Source of the DNA: TPA_inf: Saccharomyces | Lineage: Eukaryota | Length of the DNA: 64,000 nucleotides | Assembly: GCA_000146045.2 (NCBI GenBank) | Contig: BK006943.2 | Span: 480,001 to 544,000 of the forward strand | Direction: 5' to 3' | Shown: positions 1-11,080 of the stretch, one piece after another | Layout of the letters: the number at the start of each line of letters is the position of its first letter | Numbering within the stretch: position 1 is the first letter of the stretch | Translations under genes and position numbers: made by a program | Notes under the pieces: generated by a model | Seen by the model: only the letters and a program-made list of their open reading frames with translations | What the model was told of the DNA's origin: nothing | Database searches by the model: none

Positions 1-3000
1 GTACTTGCACCTATCGTAAAATATGGAGACTTTTACTGGGTATCTAAAAAGTACTTGCTTCCATCAAATATCTCCGTACCCACCATCAATAATGTCCATA
101 CAAGTGAAAGTACACGCAAATATCCTTATCCTTTCATTCATCGAATGCTTGCGCATGCCAATGCACAGACAATTCGATACTCACTTAAAAATAACACCAT
201 CACGTATTTTAACGAATCAGATGTCGACTGGTCTAGTGCTATTGACTATCAATGTCCTGATTGTTTAATCGGCAAAAGCACCAAACACAGACATATCAAA
301 GGTTCACGACTAAAATACCAAAATTCATACGAACCCTTTCAATACCTACATACTGACATATTTGGTCCAGTTCACAACCTACCAAAAAGTGCACCATCCT
401 ATTTCATCTCATTTACTGATGAGACAACAAAATTCCGTTGGGTTTATCCATTACACGACCGTCGCGAGGACTCTATCCTCGATGTTTTTACTACGATACT
501 AGCTTTTATTAAGAACCAGTTTCAGGCCAGTGTCTTGGTTATACAAATGGACCGTGGTTCTGAGTATACTAACAGAACTCTCCATAAATTCCTTGAAAAA
601 AATGGTATAACTCCATGCTATACAACCACAGCGGATTCCCGAGCACATGGAGTCGCTGAACGGCTCAACCGTACCTTATTAGATGACTGCCGTACTCAAC
701 TGCAATGTAGTGGTTTACCGAACCATTTATGGTTCTCTGCAATCGAATTTTCTACTATTGTGAGAAATTCACTAGCTTCACCTAAAAGCAAAAAATCTGC
801 AAGACAACATGCTGGCTTGGCAGGACTTGATATCAGTACTTTGTTACCTTTCGGTCAACCTGTTATCGTCAATGATCACAACCCTAACTCCAAAATACAT
901 CCTCGTGGCATCCCAGGCTACGCTCTACATCCGTCTCGAAACTCTTATGGATATATCATCTATCTTCCATCCTTAAAGAAGACAGTAGATACAACTAACT
1001 ATGTTATTCTTCAGGGCAAGGAATCCAGATTAGATCAATTCAATTACGACGCACTCACTTTCGATGAAGACTTAAACCGTTTAACTGCTTCATATCAATC
1101 GTTCATTGCGTCAAATGAGATCCAACAATCCGATGATCTTAACATAGAATCTGACCATGACTTCCAATCTGACATCGAACTACATCCTGAGCAACCGAGA
1201 AATGTCCTTTCAAAAGCTGTGAGTCCAACCGATTCCACACCTCCGTCAACTCATACTGAAGATTCGAAACGTGTTTCTAAAACCAATATTCGCGCACCCA
1301 GAGAAGTTGACCCCAACATATCTGAATCTAATATTCTTCCATCAAAGAAGAGATCTAGCACCCCCCAAATTTCCAATATCGAGAGTACCGGTTCGGGTGG
1401 TATGCATAAATTAAATGTTCCTTTACTTGCTCCCATGTCCCAATCTAACACACATGAGTCGTCGCACGCCAGTAAATCTAAAGATTTCAGACACTCAGAC
1501 TCGTACAGTGAAAATGAGACTAATCATACAAACGTACCAATATCCAGTACGGGTGGTACCAACAACAAAACTGTTCCGCAGATAAGTGACCAAGAGACTG
1601 AGAAAAGGATTATACACCGTTCACCTTCAATCGATGCTTCTCCACCGGAAAATAATTCATCGCACAATATTGTTCCTATCAAAACGCCAACTACTGTTTC
1701 TGAACAGAATACCGAGGAATCTATCATCGCTGATCTCCCACTCCCTGATCTACCTCCAGAATCTCCTACCGAATTCCCTGACCCATTTAAAGAACTCCCA
1801 CCGATCAATTCTCGTCAAACTAATTCCAGTTTGGGTGGTATTGGTGACTCTAATGCCTATACTACTATCAACAGTAAGAAAAGATCATTAGAAGATAATG
1901 AAACTGAAATTAAGGTATCACGAGACACATGGAATACTAAGAATATGCGTAGTTTAGAACCTCCGAGATCGAAGAAACGAATTCACCTGATTGCAGCTGT
2001 AAAAGCAGTAAAATCAATCAAACCAATACGGACAACCTTACGATACGATGAGGCAATCACCTATAATAAAGATATTAAAGAAAAAGAAAAATATATCGAG
2101 GCATACCACAAAGAAGTCAATCAACTGTTGAAGATGAAAACTTGGGACACTGACGAATATTATGACAGAAAAGAAATAGACCCTAAAAGAGTAATAAACT
2201 CAATGTTTATCTTCAACAAGAAACGTGACGGTACTCATAAAGCTAGATTTGTTGCAAGAGGTGATATTCAGCATCCTGACACTTACGACTCAGGCATGCA
2301 ATCCAATACCGTACATCACTATGCATTAATGACATCCCTGTCACTTGCATTAGACAATAACTACTATATTACACAATTAGACATATCTTCGGCATATTTG
2401 TATGCAGACATCAAAGAAGAATTATACATAAGACCTCCACCACATTTAGGAATGAATGATAAGTTGATACGTTTGAAGAAATCACTTTATGGATTGAAAC
2501 AAAGTGGAGCGAACTGGTACGAAACTATCAAATCATACCTGATACAACAATGTGGTATGGAAGAAGTTCGTGGATGGTCATGCGTATTTAAAAACAGTCA
2601 AGTGACAATTTGTTTATTCGTAGATGATATGGTATTGTTTAGCAAAAATCTAAATTCAAACAAAAGAATTATAGAGAAGCTTAAGATGCAATACGACACC
2701 AAGATTATAAATCTAGGCGAAAGTGATGAGGAAATTCAATATGACATTCTTGGCTTGGAAATCAAATACCAAAGAGGTAAATACATGAAATTGGGTATGG
2801 AAAACTCATTAACTGAAAAAATACCCAAACTAAACGTACCTTTAAACCCAAAAGGAAGGAAACTTAGTGCTCCAGGTCAACCAGGTCTATATATAGACCA
2901 GCAAGAACTAGAGCTAGAAGAAGATGATTACAAAATGAAGGTACATGAAATGCAAAAGCTGATAGGTCTAGCATCATATGTTGGATATAAATTTAGATTT

Positions 3001-3612
3001 GACCTATTATACTACATCAACACACTTGCACAACATATACTATTTCCGTCCAAGCAAGTGTTAGATATGACATATGAATTGATACAGTTCATATGGAATA
3101 CGAGAGATAAGCAATTAATATGGCACAAAAGCAAACCTGTTAAGCCAACAAATAAATTAGTTGTTATAAGCGATGCCTCGTATGGCAACCAACCGTATTA
3201 TAAATCACAAATTGGCAACATATATTTACTTAATGGAAAGGTAATTGGAGGAAAGTCCACCAAGGCTTCATTAACATGTACTTCAACTACGGAAGCAGAA
3301 ATACACGCGATAAGTGAATCTGTCCCATTATTAAATAATCTAAGTTACCTGATACAAGAACTTGACAAGAAACCAATTACCAAAGGATTACTAACCGACA
3401 GTAAATCTACAATCAGTATAATTATATCCAATAATGAAGAGAAATTTAGGAACAGATTTTTTGGTACTAAAGCAATGAGATTGAGAGATGAAGTATCAGG
3501 AAATCATCTGCACGTATGCTATATCGAAACCAAAAAGAATATTGCAGACGTAATGACCAAACCTCTTCCGATAAAAACATTCAAACTATTAACAAACAAA
3601 TGGATTCATTAG
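1..3612 (+). CDS. TYB: Ty1 TYB (Gag-Pol) C-terminal part, covering integrase, reverse transcriptase and RNase H. 5'-partial with no internal stop.
   Basis: Continuous 1185-codon ORF with Ty1 Pol motifs: integrase DD35E region (HTDIFGP.. TDET..), the RT core motif LFVDDMVLF (a YXDD-type box) and RNase H ([15 protein letters not shown]-like). TAG stop at 3610-3612. Confidence 0.93.
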   Translation, partial: VLAPIVKYGDFYWVSKKYLLPSNISVPTINNVHTSESTRKYPYPFIHRMLAHANAQTIRYSLKNNTITYFNESDVDWSSAIDYQCPDCLIGKSTKHRHIKGSRLKYQNSYEPFQYLHTDIFGPVHNLPKSAPSYFISFTDETTKFRWVYPLHDRREDSILDVFTTILAFIKNQFQASVLVIQMDRGSEYTNRTLHKFLEKNGITPCYTTTADSRAHGVAERLNRTLLDDCRTQLQCSGLPNHLWFSAIEFSTIVRNSLASPKSKKSARQHAGLAGLDISTLLPFGQPVIVNDHNPNSKIHPRGIPGYALHPSRNSYGYIIYLPSLKKTVDTTNYVILQGKESRLDQFNYDALTFDEDLNRLTASYQSFIASNEIQQSDDLNIESDHDFQSDIELHPEQPRNVLSKAVSPTDSTPPSTHTEDSKRVSKTNIRAPREVDPNISESNILPSKKRSSTPQISNIESTGSGGMHKLNVPLLAPMSQSNTHESSHASKSKDFRHSDSYSENETNHTNVPISSTGGTNNKTVPQISDQETEKRIIHRSPSIDASPPENNSSHNIVPIKTPTTVSEQNTEESIIADLPLPDLPPESPTEFPDPFKELPPINSRQTNSSLGGIGDSNAYTTINSKKRSLEDNETEIKVSRDTWNTKNMRSLEPPRSKKRIHLIAAVKAVKSIKPIRTTLRYDEAITYNKDIKEKEKYIEAYHKEVNQLLKMKTWDTDEYYDRKEIDPKRVINSMFIFNKKRDGTHKARFVARGDIQHPDTYDSGMQSNTVHHYALMTSLSLALDNNYYITQLDISSAYLYADIKEELYIRPPPHLGMNDKLIRLKKSLYGLKQSGANWYETIKSYLIQQCGMEEVRGWSCVFKNSQVTICLFVDDMVLFSKNLNSNKRIIEKLKMQYDTKIINLGESDEEIQYDILGLEIKYQRGKYMKLGMENSLTEKIPKLNVPLNPKGRKLSAPGQPGLYIDQQELELEEDDYKMKVHEMQKLIGLASYVGYKFRFDLLYYINTLAQHILFPSKQVLDMTYELIQFIWNTRDKQLIWHKSKPVKPTNKLVVISDASYGNQPYYKSQIGNIYLLNGKVIGGKSTKASLTCTSTTEAEIHAISESVPLLNNLSYLIQELDKKPITKGLLTDSKSTISIIISNNEEKFRNRFFGTKAMRLRDEVSGNHLHVCYIETKKNIADVMTKPLPIKTFKLLTNKWIH

Positions 3613-3626
3613 ATCTATTACATTAT

Positions 3627-3634
3627 GGGTGGTA
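3627..3634 (+). other. Ty1 polypurine tract (plus-strand primer site) immediately 5' of the 3' LTR.
   Basis: GGGTGGTA abuts the LTR start TGTTGG at 3635, the canonical Ty1 PPT1 arrangement. Confidence 0.7.
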
Positions 3635-3972
3635 TGTTGGAATAAAAATCCACTATCGTCTATCAACTAATAGTTATATTATCAATATATTATCATATAC
3701 GGTGTTAAGATGATGACATAAGTTATGAGAAGCTGTCATCGAAGTTAGAGGAAGCTGAAACGCAAGGATTGATAATGTAATAGGATCAATGAATATAAAC
3801 ATATAAAACGGAATGAGGAATAATCGTAATATTAGTATGTAGAAATATAGATTCCATTTTGAGGATTCCTATATCCTCGAGGAGAACTTCTAGTATATTC
3901 TGTATACCTAATATTATAGCCTTTATCAACAATGGAATCCCAACAATTATCTCAACATTCACATATTTCTCA
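3635..3972 (+). repeat. Ty1 3' LTR (delta), 338 bp.
   Basis: TGTTGGAATAAAAATCCACTATCG ... GGAATCCCAACAATTATCTCAACATTCACATATTTCTCA, with TG..CA termini and the conserved AAGCTGAAACGCAAGGATTGATAATGTAATAGGATCAATGAAT core. Confidence 0.93.
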
Positions 3973-6196
3973 GTTGCCTTACTTTAACAGAAGATAACAG
4001 AAGTGAAGAACTTATATATTCTGATGAGTCTTTCATATTAGCCAATTCTGAATTTTCAGTAGATGATCTAGTAACATTACGACTGAAGCATGAAGACGAA
4101 GATACCGTTGATAAAGTTCCTGTGGTGGTTGAGGGTGAAAGGGATGATGTCTGGCTACTTTGTAACTGATATTGTAACACATTCACCAACTTAGCAGCTT
4201 GCGCACAGCGTATAGACAGCGTGAGATCGTGGAGTGTTCCAAATACACTAGCTTTGAAATCAGAGGAAGGAATCCGAAGTTGAACATCTTGTGCCGTTGA
4301 TCTATTGTACTTCCAGGTGGGTTCCAATTTCACAACCAATTTACACTTCTCCTTTTCGAAGTCTTTATATACAATTAGTAAGGTCTCGTTGTCTCCGGAT
4401 AAAATTAAAGACAAACACAGCATGTCCTTACTCAAAGGCACCCATGACTTGCCGTTCCAAAGGGAAACTTTTACCGAATCGTTTTCGAAATATACTGCTC
4501 CTCCAGATGTGTTTATGCTTAACGGAAACGATACATACGTTTCATCAACGTTATCGTCATGGGGGGTTGCTGATACCGGGGTAACTGATTGTTGATTGCC
4601 TGGCAAACTAAACAATGATCTTGAATGATTTTTGGGAATATCGATAGTTAGATTCTTTTTGTTTTTTGAGAAGATGCTTAGTAAAGATGAAGATTTACGC
4701 CGATAAAGCGTTGGCTTATAGAAATCGATATCTGGATCGAATAAATCTTTATCTCGTTTATCCTTTCCATCTTCAGAAATTATACTCTCAGAATCGTCAA
4801 TTTCAGACGCAACACTCTCTATTAGTTCGGGAGAGACACTCTCCAGGCTGAAAGTTTGAGAAGCTGTTCTAATGTTTTTTAAGGTAGGTGTGTCCATATA
4901 TTTAGGCGAGAGAGGTACTTGAATGCTCTTATCCAATTCAATTAGCTTTTCACAACTTAGGGATTCAATATCTTTCAGAGAGGTGTCAAGATCTGAATCT
5001 TCGCTAACTGTTGCCCTCTCACTCATGATTGACAGTGACTCCTCGTCAGGGTATTCATTAGAGGTCTCTATTAAGGAAGACAGACTTCCCGGCAAAGGAA
5101 TTGATCTATGCAGTGTGCGACCATTGTGTATTGTATCTGATATCTTTACAGAGCTAATAGGCATATCGTCATTTCTTTTAGGAGAAGTATAATCAGGGTT
5201 GTTACTCCTAACATAAACCTGTTGAGAAATTTTACTTCCAGATCGCTTGTATTCTTTTGTAGCTGTTGAGTCGAAAAGCTTTCTAATAACATGTTTCCAA
5301 TACTCTTGCCATTGAATAGGATCTTTGCAAGTTAACCTCAATACAATGCTATTATTTATCGGTACCTTTAGTTTTGCTCCACTATCATCAAGTCTGATGA
5401 GATCAAGATCGCCGGACCTAAATGGTCGAAATAGCAGCGACCTCCCGACATTCATTAAGTCATGGTTTCCTAACGCAAGGGATTGGAACAAGTTATCAAT
5501 GGTTTGTAATGTGTATGGCATTTTTTCAGAAAGAACCTCAAATATAGCTATCTCCCCATTATCTAATTCAAGGATTTCAACTAGTTTATTATTGATCGCC
5601 AACTTCTTTACATCTAGTCTGTAATATGCTCTATTTATAACCTTATTGGAATCGATTGGCGGAAGATTAATCAGGGAAACTTCGCCTGATATAACGTCAC
5701 GAACGCTTCCGTATTTCAGTGAGTTACAGCTTATAAAGTCATAGCAACTTTTAAATTTGTATACAAACGCACTGATTAGGGAGCCTAGTCGTACTTCATT
5801 TGTGACATAGAAAATGTCCCTCAACTTATAATAAACCTTGAATAGTAATACCGCAAAAAGCTTTTGTGAATCCATCCTAAAGTATGACATGTTCGCATCG
5901 AGAAGCAAATGCATACATCCAAATAAAAGATTATGATACAAATCGAGTATTTGCGCATCTTTGAATAAACTCTTGTAAGAATTCACTATGGATTGTGTTA
6001 GAGACATGTCATCATGATTTGCAGCATGCTTTCTCAAAATGCATCTCAAGTAACCGCTAATTTTTCTCATTTCATGACCAACTTTAACCATTGGGTCCAA
6101 GCTCGAACCATGGTACCTGCTATGGGACTCACAGACAACGAGTAATCGTTTTAACAGAGTCTCGAAGCTCGCTTCTTCCTTGTTAAATAATTCCAT
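3959..6196 (-). CDS. YJR030C: YJR030C, uncharacterized protein of 745 aa. Its last 4 codons and the TGA stop lie inside the Ty1 LTR.
   Basis: ORF-track entry 3959..6208 (749 aa) begins with a GTG. The first in-frame ATG is at 6194-6196 ([15 protein letters not shown]...), giving 745 aa, and synteny with GEA1 and CPR7 fits. Stop is TGA at 3959-3961; the LTR ends at 3972. Confidence 0.88.
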   Translation of the reverse strand: MELFNKEEASFETLLKRLLVVCESHSRYHGSSLDPMVKVGHEMRKISGYLRCILRKHAANHDDMSLTQSIVNSYKSLFKDAQILDLYHNLLFGCMHLLLDANMSYFRMDSQKLFAVLLFKVYYKLRDIFYVTNEVRLGSLISAFVYKFKSCYDFISCNSLKYGSVRDVISGEVSLINLPPIDSNKVINRAYYRLDVKKLAINNKLVEILELDNGEIAIFEVLSEKMPYTLQTIDNLFQSLALGNHDLMNVGRSLLFRPFRSGDLDLIRLDDSGAKLKVPINNSIVLRLTCKDPIQWQEYWKHVIRKLFDSTATKEYKRSGSKISQQVYVRSNNPDYTSPKRNDDMPISSVKISDTIHNGRTLHRSIPLPGSLSSLIETSNEYPDEESLSIMSERATVSEDSDLDTSLKDIESLSCEKLIELDKSIQVPLSPKYMDTPTLKNIRTASQTFSLESVSPELIESVASEIDDSESIISEDGKDKRDKDLFDPDIDFYKPTLYRRKSSSLLSIFSKNKKNLTIDIPKNHSRSLFSLPGNQQSVTPVSATPHDDNVDETYVSFPLSINTSGGAVYFENDSVKVSLWNGKSWVPLSKDMLCLSLILSGDNETLLIVYKDFEKEKCKLVVKLEPTWKYNRSTAQDVQLRIPSSDFKASVFGTLHDLTLSIRCAQAAKLVNVLQYQLQSSQTSSLSPSTTTGTLSTVSSSSCFSRNVTRSSTENSELANMKDSSEYISSSLLLSSVKVRQLRNM

Positions 6197-6403
6197 CCCG
6201 TCTCCCACACAATACTAATTTGCTTGCTCGTTCGTAATTAGAGGAACTTTTACTTGGTTCATGATGAATTTTAATTGAACTGAGGGTAAAAGAGTAATCT
6301 CGATAAGGGTACATTTTTATTTTTCCCATTAAGTGAAATTTCCTTCAAATTATTCTCGAAGCTTTCATGCCATTGGTGACACGAAAAAAAAATCTTGTTG
6401 TAT

Positions 6404-6435
6404 TTTATCTAACGCGTCGCGACGCGTTAGATAAA
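6404..6435. promoter_or_regulatory. 32-bp perfect palindrome carrying two MluI cell-cycle boxes (ACGCGT x2, MBF-type), about 210 bp upstream of the YJR030C ATG.
   Basis: TTTATCTAACGCGTCGCGACGCGTTAGATAAA is exactly self-complementary. ACGCGT sits at 6412-6417 and 6422-6427 with TCGCGA at the centre. Confidence 0.55.
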
Positions 6436-6585
6436 TATAACAGTAAATGATGGTATAAATGCCACCGTCGATATTTAAATGAGATTGCTTATATATCGCA
6501 TTATTACCTGCGAAAATCTAATTTACGACTCCTTGAAAAAATTCCATCATACTAAGTTTCTTGGTATAGTTACATTATCGTTGGT

Positions 6586-9500
6586 CTACTCCTTCTCGAT
6601 TTCCCTCTTAGAAATAATCAACTCTTGCAACTGCCTTTCCACCGTAGGATCATCTACATACTTGTTAAATACGTTAAGCACTCTCAAAAAAGTTTCGTTA
6701 CTTGTTACGCCTTCCACAAGTTGACCCAAGAAGATTTTAGAAAGAACGGATAAAATGCTAGTAATTCGTTTCATCTTGACATCTTGGATTTCATCCAACT
6801 CAAAAATCGGTAATAATCCTGTCTCTAGTAGGTTATCCACCGCAACTTTTTCCGTACGTAGTTGACTTGCTCGAGATAACAGAATGTTCTCTAATGCTTG
6901 CAATGCTTGCATACCTAGTTCGTCACAGGGATTGAGGCATTGATGGGCGAGACCTTGAATAGCAGCTATAATCTCATTCTTGTTGAGTGCTGAATTACTC
7001 CTCCCAACAGTCGAAAGTAGGTCTGCAGTTATATTAATGGAACGACTAGAAAGATCAATAATAGAACGGTATGGATTGGATTCAGGTGCTTCACACCCAT
7101 CCTCGACTGAATTTTCATAATTTTGTTCCCATTTTGTGCCAACGGCACCTGCACATGACATTTCATCAAGCAGACTTAATATGTTCATAAAGTTCCCATC
7201 ATCTACAAAGATATCACCATTTTGAATGTATTTTTCCAAAAATGTGTAGACGGCAAATTGGCGGTCTTTGGCTGATATTAATATCCTTAAAAAATTCCAA
7301 AATTTTACATTTTTGAGAGCCCGCTCATTGTATTTTACGTCATTGAGATGTGTAAACAGATCATTTATTACTTGCTTCCCCCATTCACTTTCATAATATT
7401 TAGTATTGAAGATTTCATTTTTTACCAAAAAGTCGTGTTCTATTAAATCACTTAAAATGTCCCGTGGATTATCAAATCTCGAAACCAAAAACATTTTATA
7501 CGAGGCAAGTCTTGCAATAGCCTCCTTGGAAAGGCCATCTAAATTCGAAATATTAATCATATGATCAGCAATTAGTGCTCCAAATTCTTGTCCATAAGAA
7601 GCCTCTGATATTAATATAATGGATATTTCCAACAAAAAGAGAAGTTCTTGTTCGAAATAGGGCGAATTTTCACTCGTTTTTTCAATCACAAGTGAAGAGA
7701 GAAGAGTTTCAATCATCTTAGGACTGACGAGTTGATTGTTCTCAAAGACTGAACTGAGAGGATGGCTAGCCTTAACGCACTCAAATGCTTTAATGGAAAA
7801 ATCGATGTCTTCTTCCGAAGGTTCTTCATCGCCTTTCAAGTAAGAGGCGAAAGTAGACAGAAGGCTTCTGCTCATCTTTGCCTTGCGGATCGATATATCT
7901 GGATCTGGCAATGGTAGTTCAGGAAGTTTCAAGAGTGAATGAAAGTTTGTAAAAAATGGTAAATTAGGTTCCATCAATAAATTCTCGAATAATTTCAAAA
8001 TGAGTTGCACAATCTGGTTCCATAGTCTGGTAGAAACAATGCTAGGATCACTTATTTCTTTAATGATTTGAAAGTACAATACGGTACATAACTGAGCCTT
8101 AAAGTTTTGTCCAAGTCTTATACTCTGGTTACTAACGGATATCTTCGACCCAGTGTCTTCGACGAATATCTCGACCAAAGGAATACTGTCAACATCTAGC
8201 TCCACCGCTTTTGCGCTACTTTGTGCCAATGTTGTCATTTCTCCCAGATGAAGTACAGTATCATTATATGACTGGTCAAAAGAAAAGTAATAGTTGATAA
8301 ATGTACACTTACTAATGGCGTCCAAGATACGTAATGATATTTGATCACTGGAAGCAACTGTGAATATTTTGAATAAAGTCTTCAGGATAATATCTCTAAC
8401 ATTTGAGAAAATTGCTTTCTCATACTGAAGTATGTCTATTTGCGCTAACTTAGAAATAGGGTTTGTGAAATCTCTTTGCATCTCTGTCATCACAGATGTT
8501 GAGGATATTAAGTTATTCCAGGCATCTTCAAACCACCTTTCATTTCCATGATGTTCTTCAGGCATTACTATTTCCTTAACTTTGATGGACGTGTAAATTT
8601 TATGCAAATACCAACGAGGAAAATCTTTTCCATTGTAGCATCCTCGTAAATTGTTAGAGTAGTCATCAAAAGTCATATGGTCTTTAACCTGCGGGTTATG
8701 TGAATCGGTATTTAACATGATTATCGAATAACTTAACACAAACACAGAGTCTGCATCAGGCTGTACATGAATGATGTCATCTTCTGTCATTGACTCTGAG
8801 CCATTTTTTCCTGCTTTTTTATCCTCTAACTCCACTTTATCATTGCTTTGATCAGCAGAATATTTTGATGAAAATGCTTCAACGATTCTTTCAATCTGTT
8901 GAGATTCCCCTGGTAATCTGAATTTCGTCAGCAAAATTCTGATCGCTTCATCAACCCTTAACCCTTTAAAATCGAATAGATCTATAAATTCTTTTAACAA
9001 TGAAGTTTTTTTCGGATCACAAAGTAATAGACCGATGGTTTTCTTATTTAAACGTCCGTTATTGAGAAACAAAAATGAAGCAATGTCTCTATTAGAATCC
9101 GAATCAATGAATCCTTTTTCAATTAACATTTGAATGCCTTTCTTTGCCTTTTCATTAAATGTTTCAACGCATAATATGAATTCAGTCTTTCTGTCTCTCT
9201 GTTTCAAAATATCAATTTCTTTCTGATTTTTTACGAATTCTGCCCTATCAAATCTCTGCAGATCATTGTATATATTTTCAATAAGCGAAAGTACACCTTC
9301 TAGGCAAATTGGAGGAATGTTGTTAGAGGTATTAACGGCCGCCGCTGGTAAAGAAAATTTAGTTAGCTCTTTTATAAAGTCAATCGAAAGATCCGACCTA
9401 TCCAAATTACAATCGAAATTTACAAAAAGTTGCAAAAAGAAAGCGGGAGAGTGAATCCACAGTATTGAAAGTTGTTCAATAATTAATTCCCTGATTGCAG

Positions 9501-10812
9501 GTGGTTTTTGCTTACTAACGTCACCACTGATTGTGGTATCCTCTAGAATTTCGAATATTCTCCTTAAAGTCAGTTCAATCTGCATAGGCAAATAATCACC
9601 CAATATCACAACCAAACTCGTGAATAATTGTAAAGTTGCTTGCAAAAGAGAATACTGGGTAGAACTTTGTATAATGAATAAAACACTTTTAAATATTGGA
9701 TCAGAAATTAAGCTGAATAACCGGGGATATAGAGGAAATTTGTCACCGGATATTTCAATGGCTGCATTGATTAACTGTAGAGATAATTTCATGGCCGAAG
9801 TTGTGTGCTTCATTCTATTCTCTGGCATAACCAGTGATAACAATAATCCAAGATAATCCTTTATAACTGTTATTCCGTAATTTGGCTCGACATTTTCGGC
9901 TTTCTCAGCCGTTTCCTCATCATTTTCCTGTTCCCTTATGACCTGTTGGACTGGCTTCTCATTTTTATTATCGTCTGCAACAGCACTGTCATCATCAGTG
10001 CTACTCAAATCGTTATCAGAGGTAGTCGTACCTATAATGTCATCCTTCAAATTATTGTCGGTGTAACTTTCATCATTGATATATTTTTCTGTTTTTGTAG
10101 GTGGATCTAGTAACTTCAACTTTGTAAATAGTTTAACGGTTATCCCTGCAATTGTAACTTCAGCCGTTTTCCTCAAAACCTCGCTTCTCTGCGTATTACA
10201 TGCCAAGGAAAGTGTCGTTTGTAAAACATCGTAGATTATAGTATCGGAGAGATAGTCTCCAAAGGAAGAGGTTATAATATCGCGTAGTAATGTTACAACT
10301 TTTAATAAAACAGAGTCGTCCGAAATTTGCTTTGAAGCTTCAAATCTACAATGTGTAAGCGCAACAACGGTTTCCCTAACGGCAATTTGAATATCATTAA
10401 ATGTTTTGTTTATGATTTTTAGTGTAAAAACTTTCTGCAACGAGTCCAGAGCCAGAGAAGTAGTATAACCCGATACTGAACTAGCGCTGACTATTTCTAA
10501 AAATGGTTTCAAAAGTTCCAAGGCGTTTAATGAATCTAAACCCTTCAAGTCGTTAATTTTTAGCCGCAGCTGTACTAAACCAGATATCAGAGGATCATGA
10601 TAGCTAGAAGTAGGCAAATTGTGGAAGCTGTCAACAAACGAATCACTTTGACTCAAGAATATATCACTACCTCCGCCCAGCAACGCGGCCACACTTGTTT
10701 GTGATTTATCTCTGGACTGCTTGTTCATGGCAGAACAAAGATTGATGCACTCTTTGACAATCATCGTAGCTGGGTTCACGGCCAAAACAGTTTCCATTGG
10801 CACGTCGTGCAT
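6586..10812 (-). CDS. GEA1: GEA1, Sec7-domain ARF guanine-nucleotide exchange factor (1408 aa).
   Basis: ATG at 10810-10812. Sec7 catalytic motif FRLPGESQQIERIVEAF, length 1408 aa (GEA1 rather than the 1459-aa GEA2) and the chrX neighbours all agree. Confidence 0.95.
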   Translation of the reverse strand: MHDVPMETVLAVNPATMIVKECINLCSAMNKQSRDKSQTSVAALLGGGSDIFLSQSDSFVDSFHNLPTSSYHDPLISGLVQLRLKINDLKGLDSLNALELLKPFLEIVSASSVSGYTTSLALDSLQKVFTLKIINKTFNDIQIAVRETVVALTHCRFEASKQISDDSVLLKVVTLLRDIITSSFGDYLSDTIIYDVLQTTLSLACNTQRSEVLRKTAEVTIAGITVKLFTKLKLLDPPTKTEKYINDESYTDNNLKDDIIGTTTSDNDLSSTDDDSAVADDNKNEKPVQQVIREQENDEETAEKAENVEPNYGITVIKDYLGLLLSLVMPENRMKHTTSAMKLSLQLINAAIEISGDKFPLYPRLFSLISDPIFKSVLFIIQSSTQYSLLQATLQLFTSLVVILGDYLPMQIELTLRRIFEILEDTTISGDVSKQKPPAIRELIIEQLSILWIHSPAFFLQLFVNFDCNLDRSDLSIDFIKELTKFSLPAAAVNTSNNIPPICLEGVLSLIENIYNDLQRFDRAEFVKNQKEIDILKQRDRKTEFILCVETFNEKAKKGIQMLIEKGFIDSDSNRDIASFLFLNNGRLNKKTIGLLLCDPKKTSLLKEFIDLFDFKGLRVDEAIRILLTKFRLPGESQQIERIVEAFSSKYSADQSNDKVELEDKKAGKNGSESMTEDDIIHVQPDADSVFVLSYSIIMLNTDSHNPQVKDHMTFDDYSNNLRGCYNGKDFPRWYLHKIYTSIKVKEIVMPEEHHGNERWFEDAWNNLISSTSVMTEMQRDFTNPISKLAQIDILQYEKAIFSNVRDIILKTLFKIFTVASSDQISLRILDAISKCTFINYYFSFDQSYNDTVLHLGEMTTLAQSSAKAVELDVDSIPLVEIFVEDTGSKISVSNQSIRLGQNFKAQLCTVLYFQIIKEISDPSIVSTRLWNQIVQLILKLFENLLMEPNLPFFTNFHSLLKLPELPLPDPDISIRKAKMSRSLLSTFASYLKGDEEPSEEDIDFSIKAFECVKASHPLSSVFENNQLVSPKMIETLLSSLVIEKTSENSPYFEQELLFLLEISIILISEASYGQEFGALIADHMINISNLDGLSKEAIARLASYKMFLVSRFDNPRDILSDLIEHDFLVKNEIFNTKYYESEWGKQVINDLFTHLNDVKYNERALKNVKFWNFLRILISAKDRQFAVYTFLEKYIQNGDIFVDDGNFMNILSLLDEMSCAGAVGTKWEQNYENSVEDGCEAPESNPYRSIIDLSSRSINITADLLSTVGRSNSALNKNEIIAAIQGLAHQCLNPCDELGMQALQALENILLSRASQLRTEKVAVDNLLETGLLPIFELDEIQDVKMKRITSILSVLSKIFLGQLVEGVTSNETFLRVLNVFNKYVDDPTVERQLQELIISKREIEKE

Positions 10813-11080
10813 TTTGTATATGAAGCCGTATTAGTTAAACCTGGGCGCTTCTTACCAAAGTTGCGAATTAACTTAACTAAGATGGTTCAATTCTCTGTGT
10901 AAAGTATCCATATTAAAAGGTCTTAGTTCCAACATGTAAACAAAGAGATCTATATATTGTTTTTTTTCCAATGCGCTGAGTGATGAAGTGATTAGAAAAT
11001 CATAAAAATGAGAAACTGCAAAGAAAAAAAAAGTCGTTATTCTGAAAGGTGTTCGGCAGCAACAACCTACATCCAACGCG

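Larger units (their letters stand above)
1..3972 (+). mobile_element. YJRWTy1-2: Ty1 retrotransposon, 3' portion (pol reading frame, polypurine tract and 3' LTR). The window starts inside the element.
   Basis: The frame-1 translation from nt 1 matches Ty1 TYB (..[95 protein letters not shown]). It is followed by GGGTGGTA and a canonical delta LTR (TGTTGGAATAAAAATCC...CATATTTCTCA). Confidence 0.95.

Noticed and set aside
1251-1891. Short ORFs on both strands inside Ty1 pol.
   Set aside because: They are nested in, or antisense to, the continuous TYB frame. They are chance ORFs in a serine/threonine-rich region.
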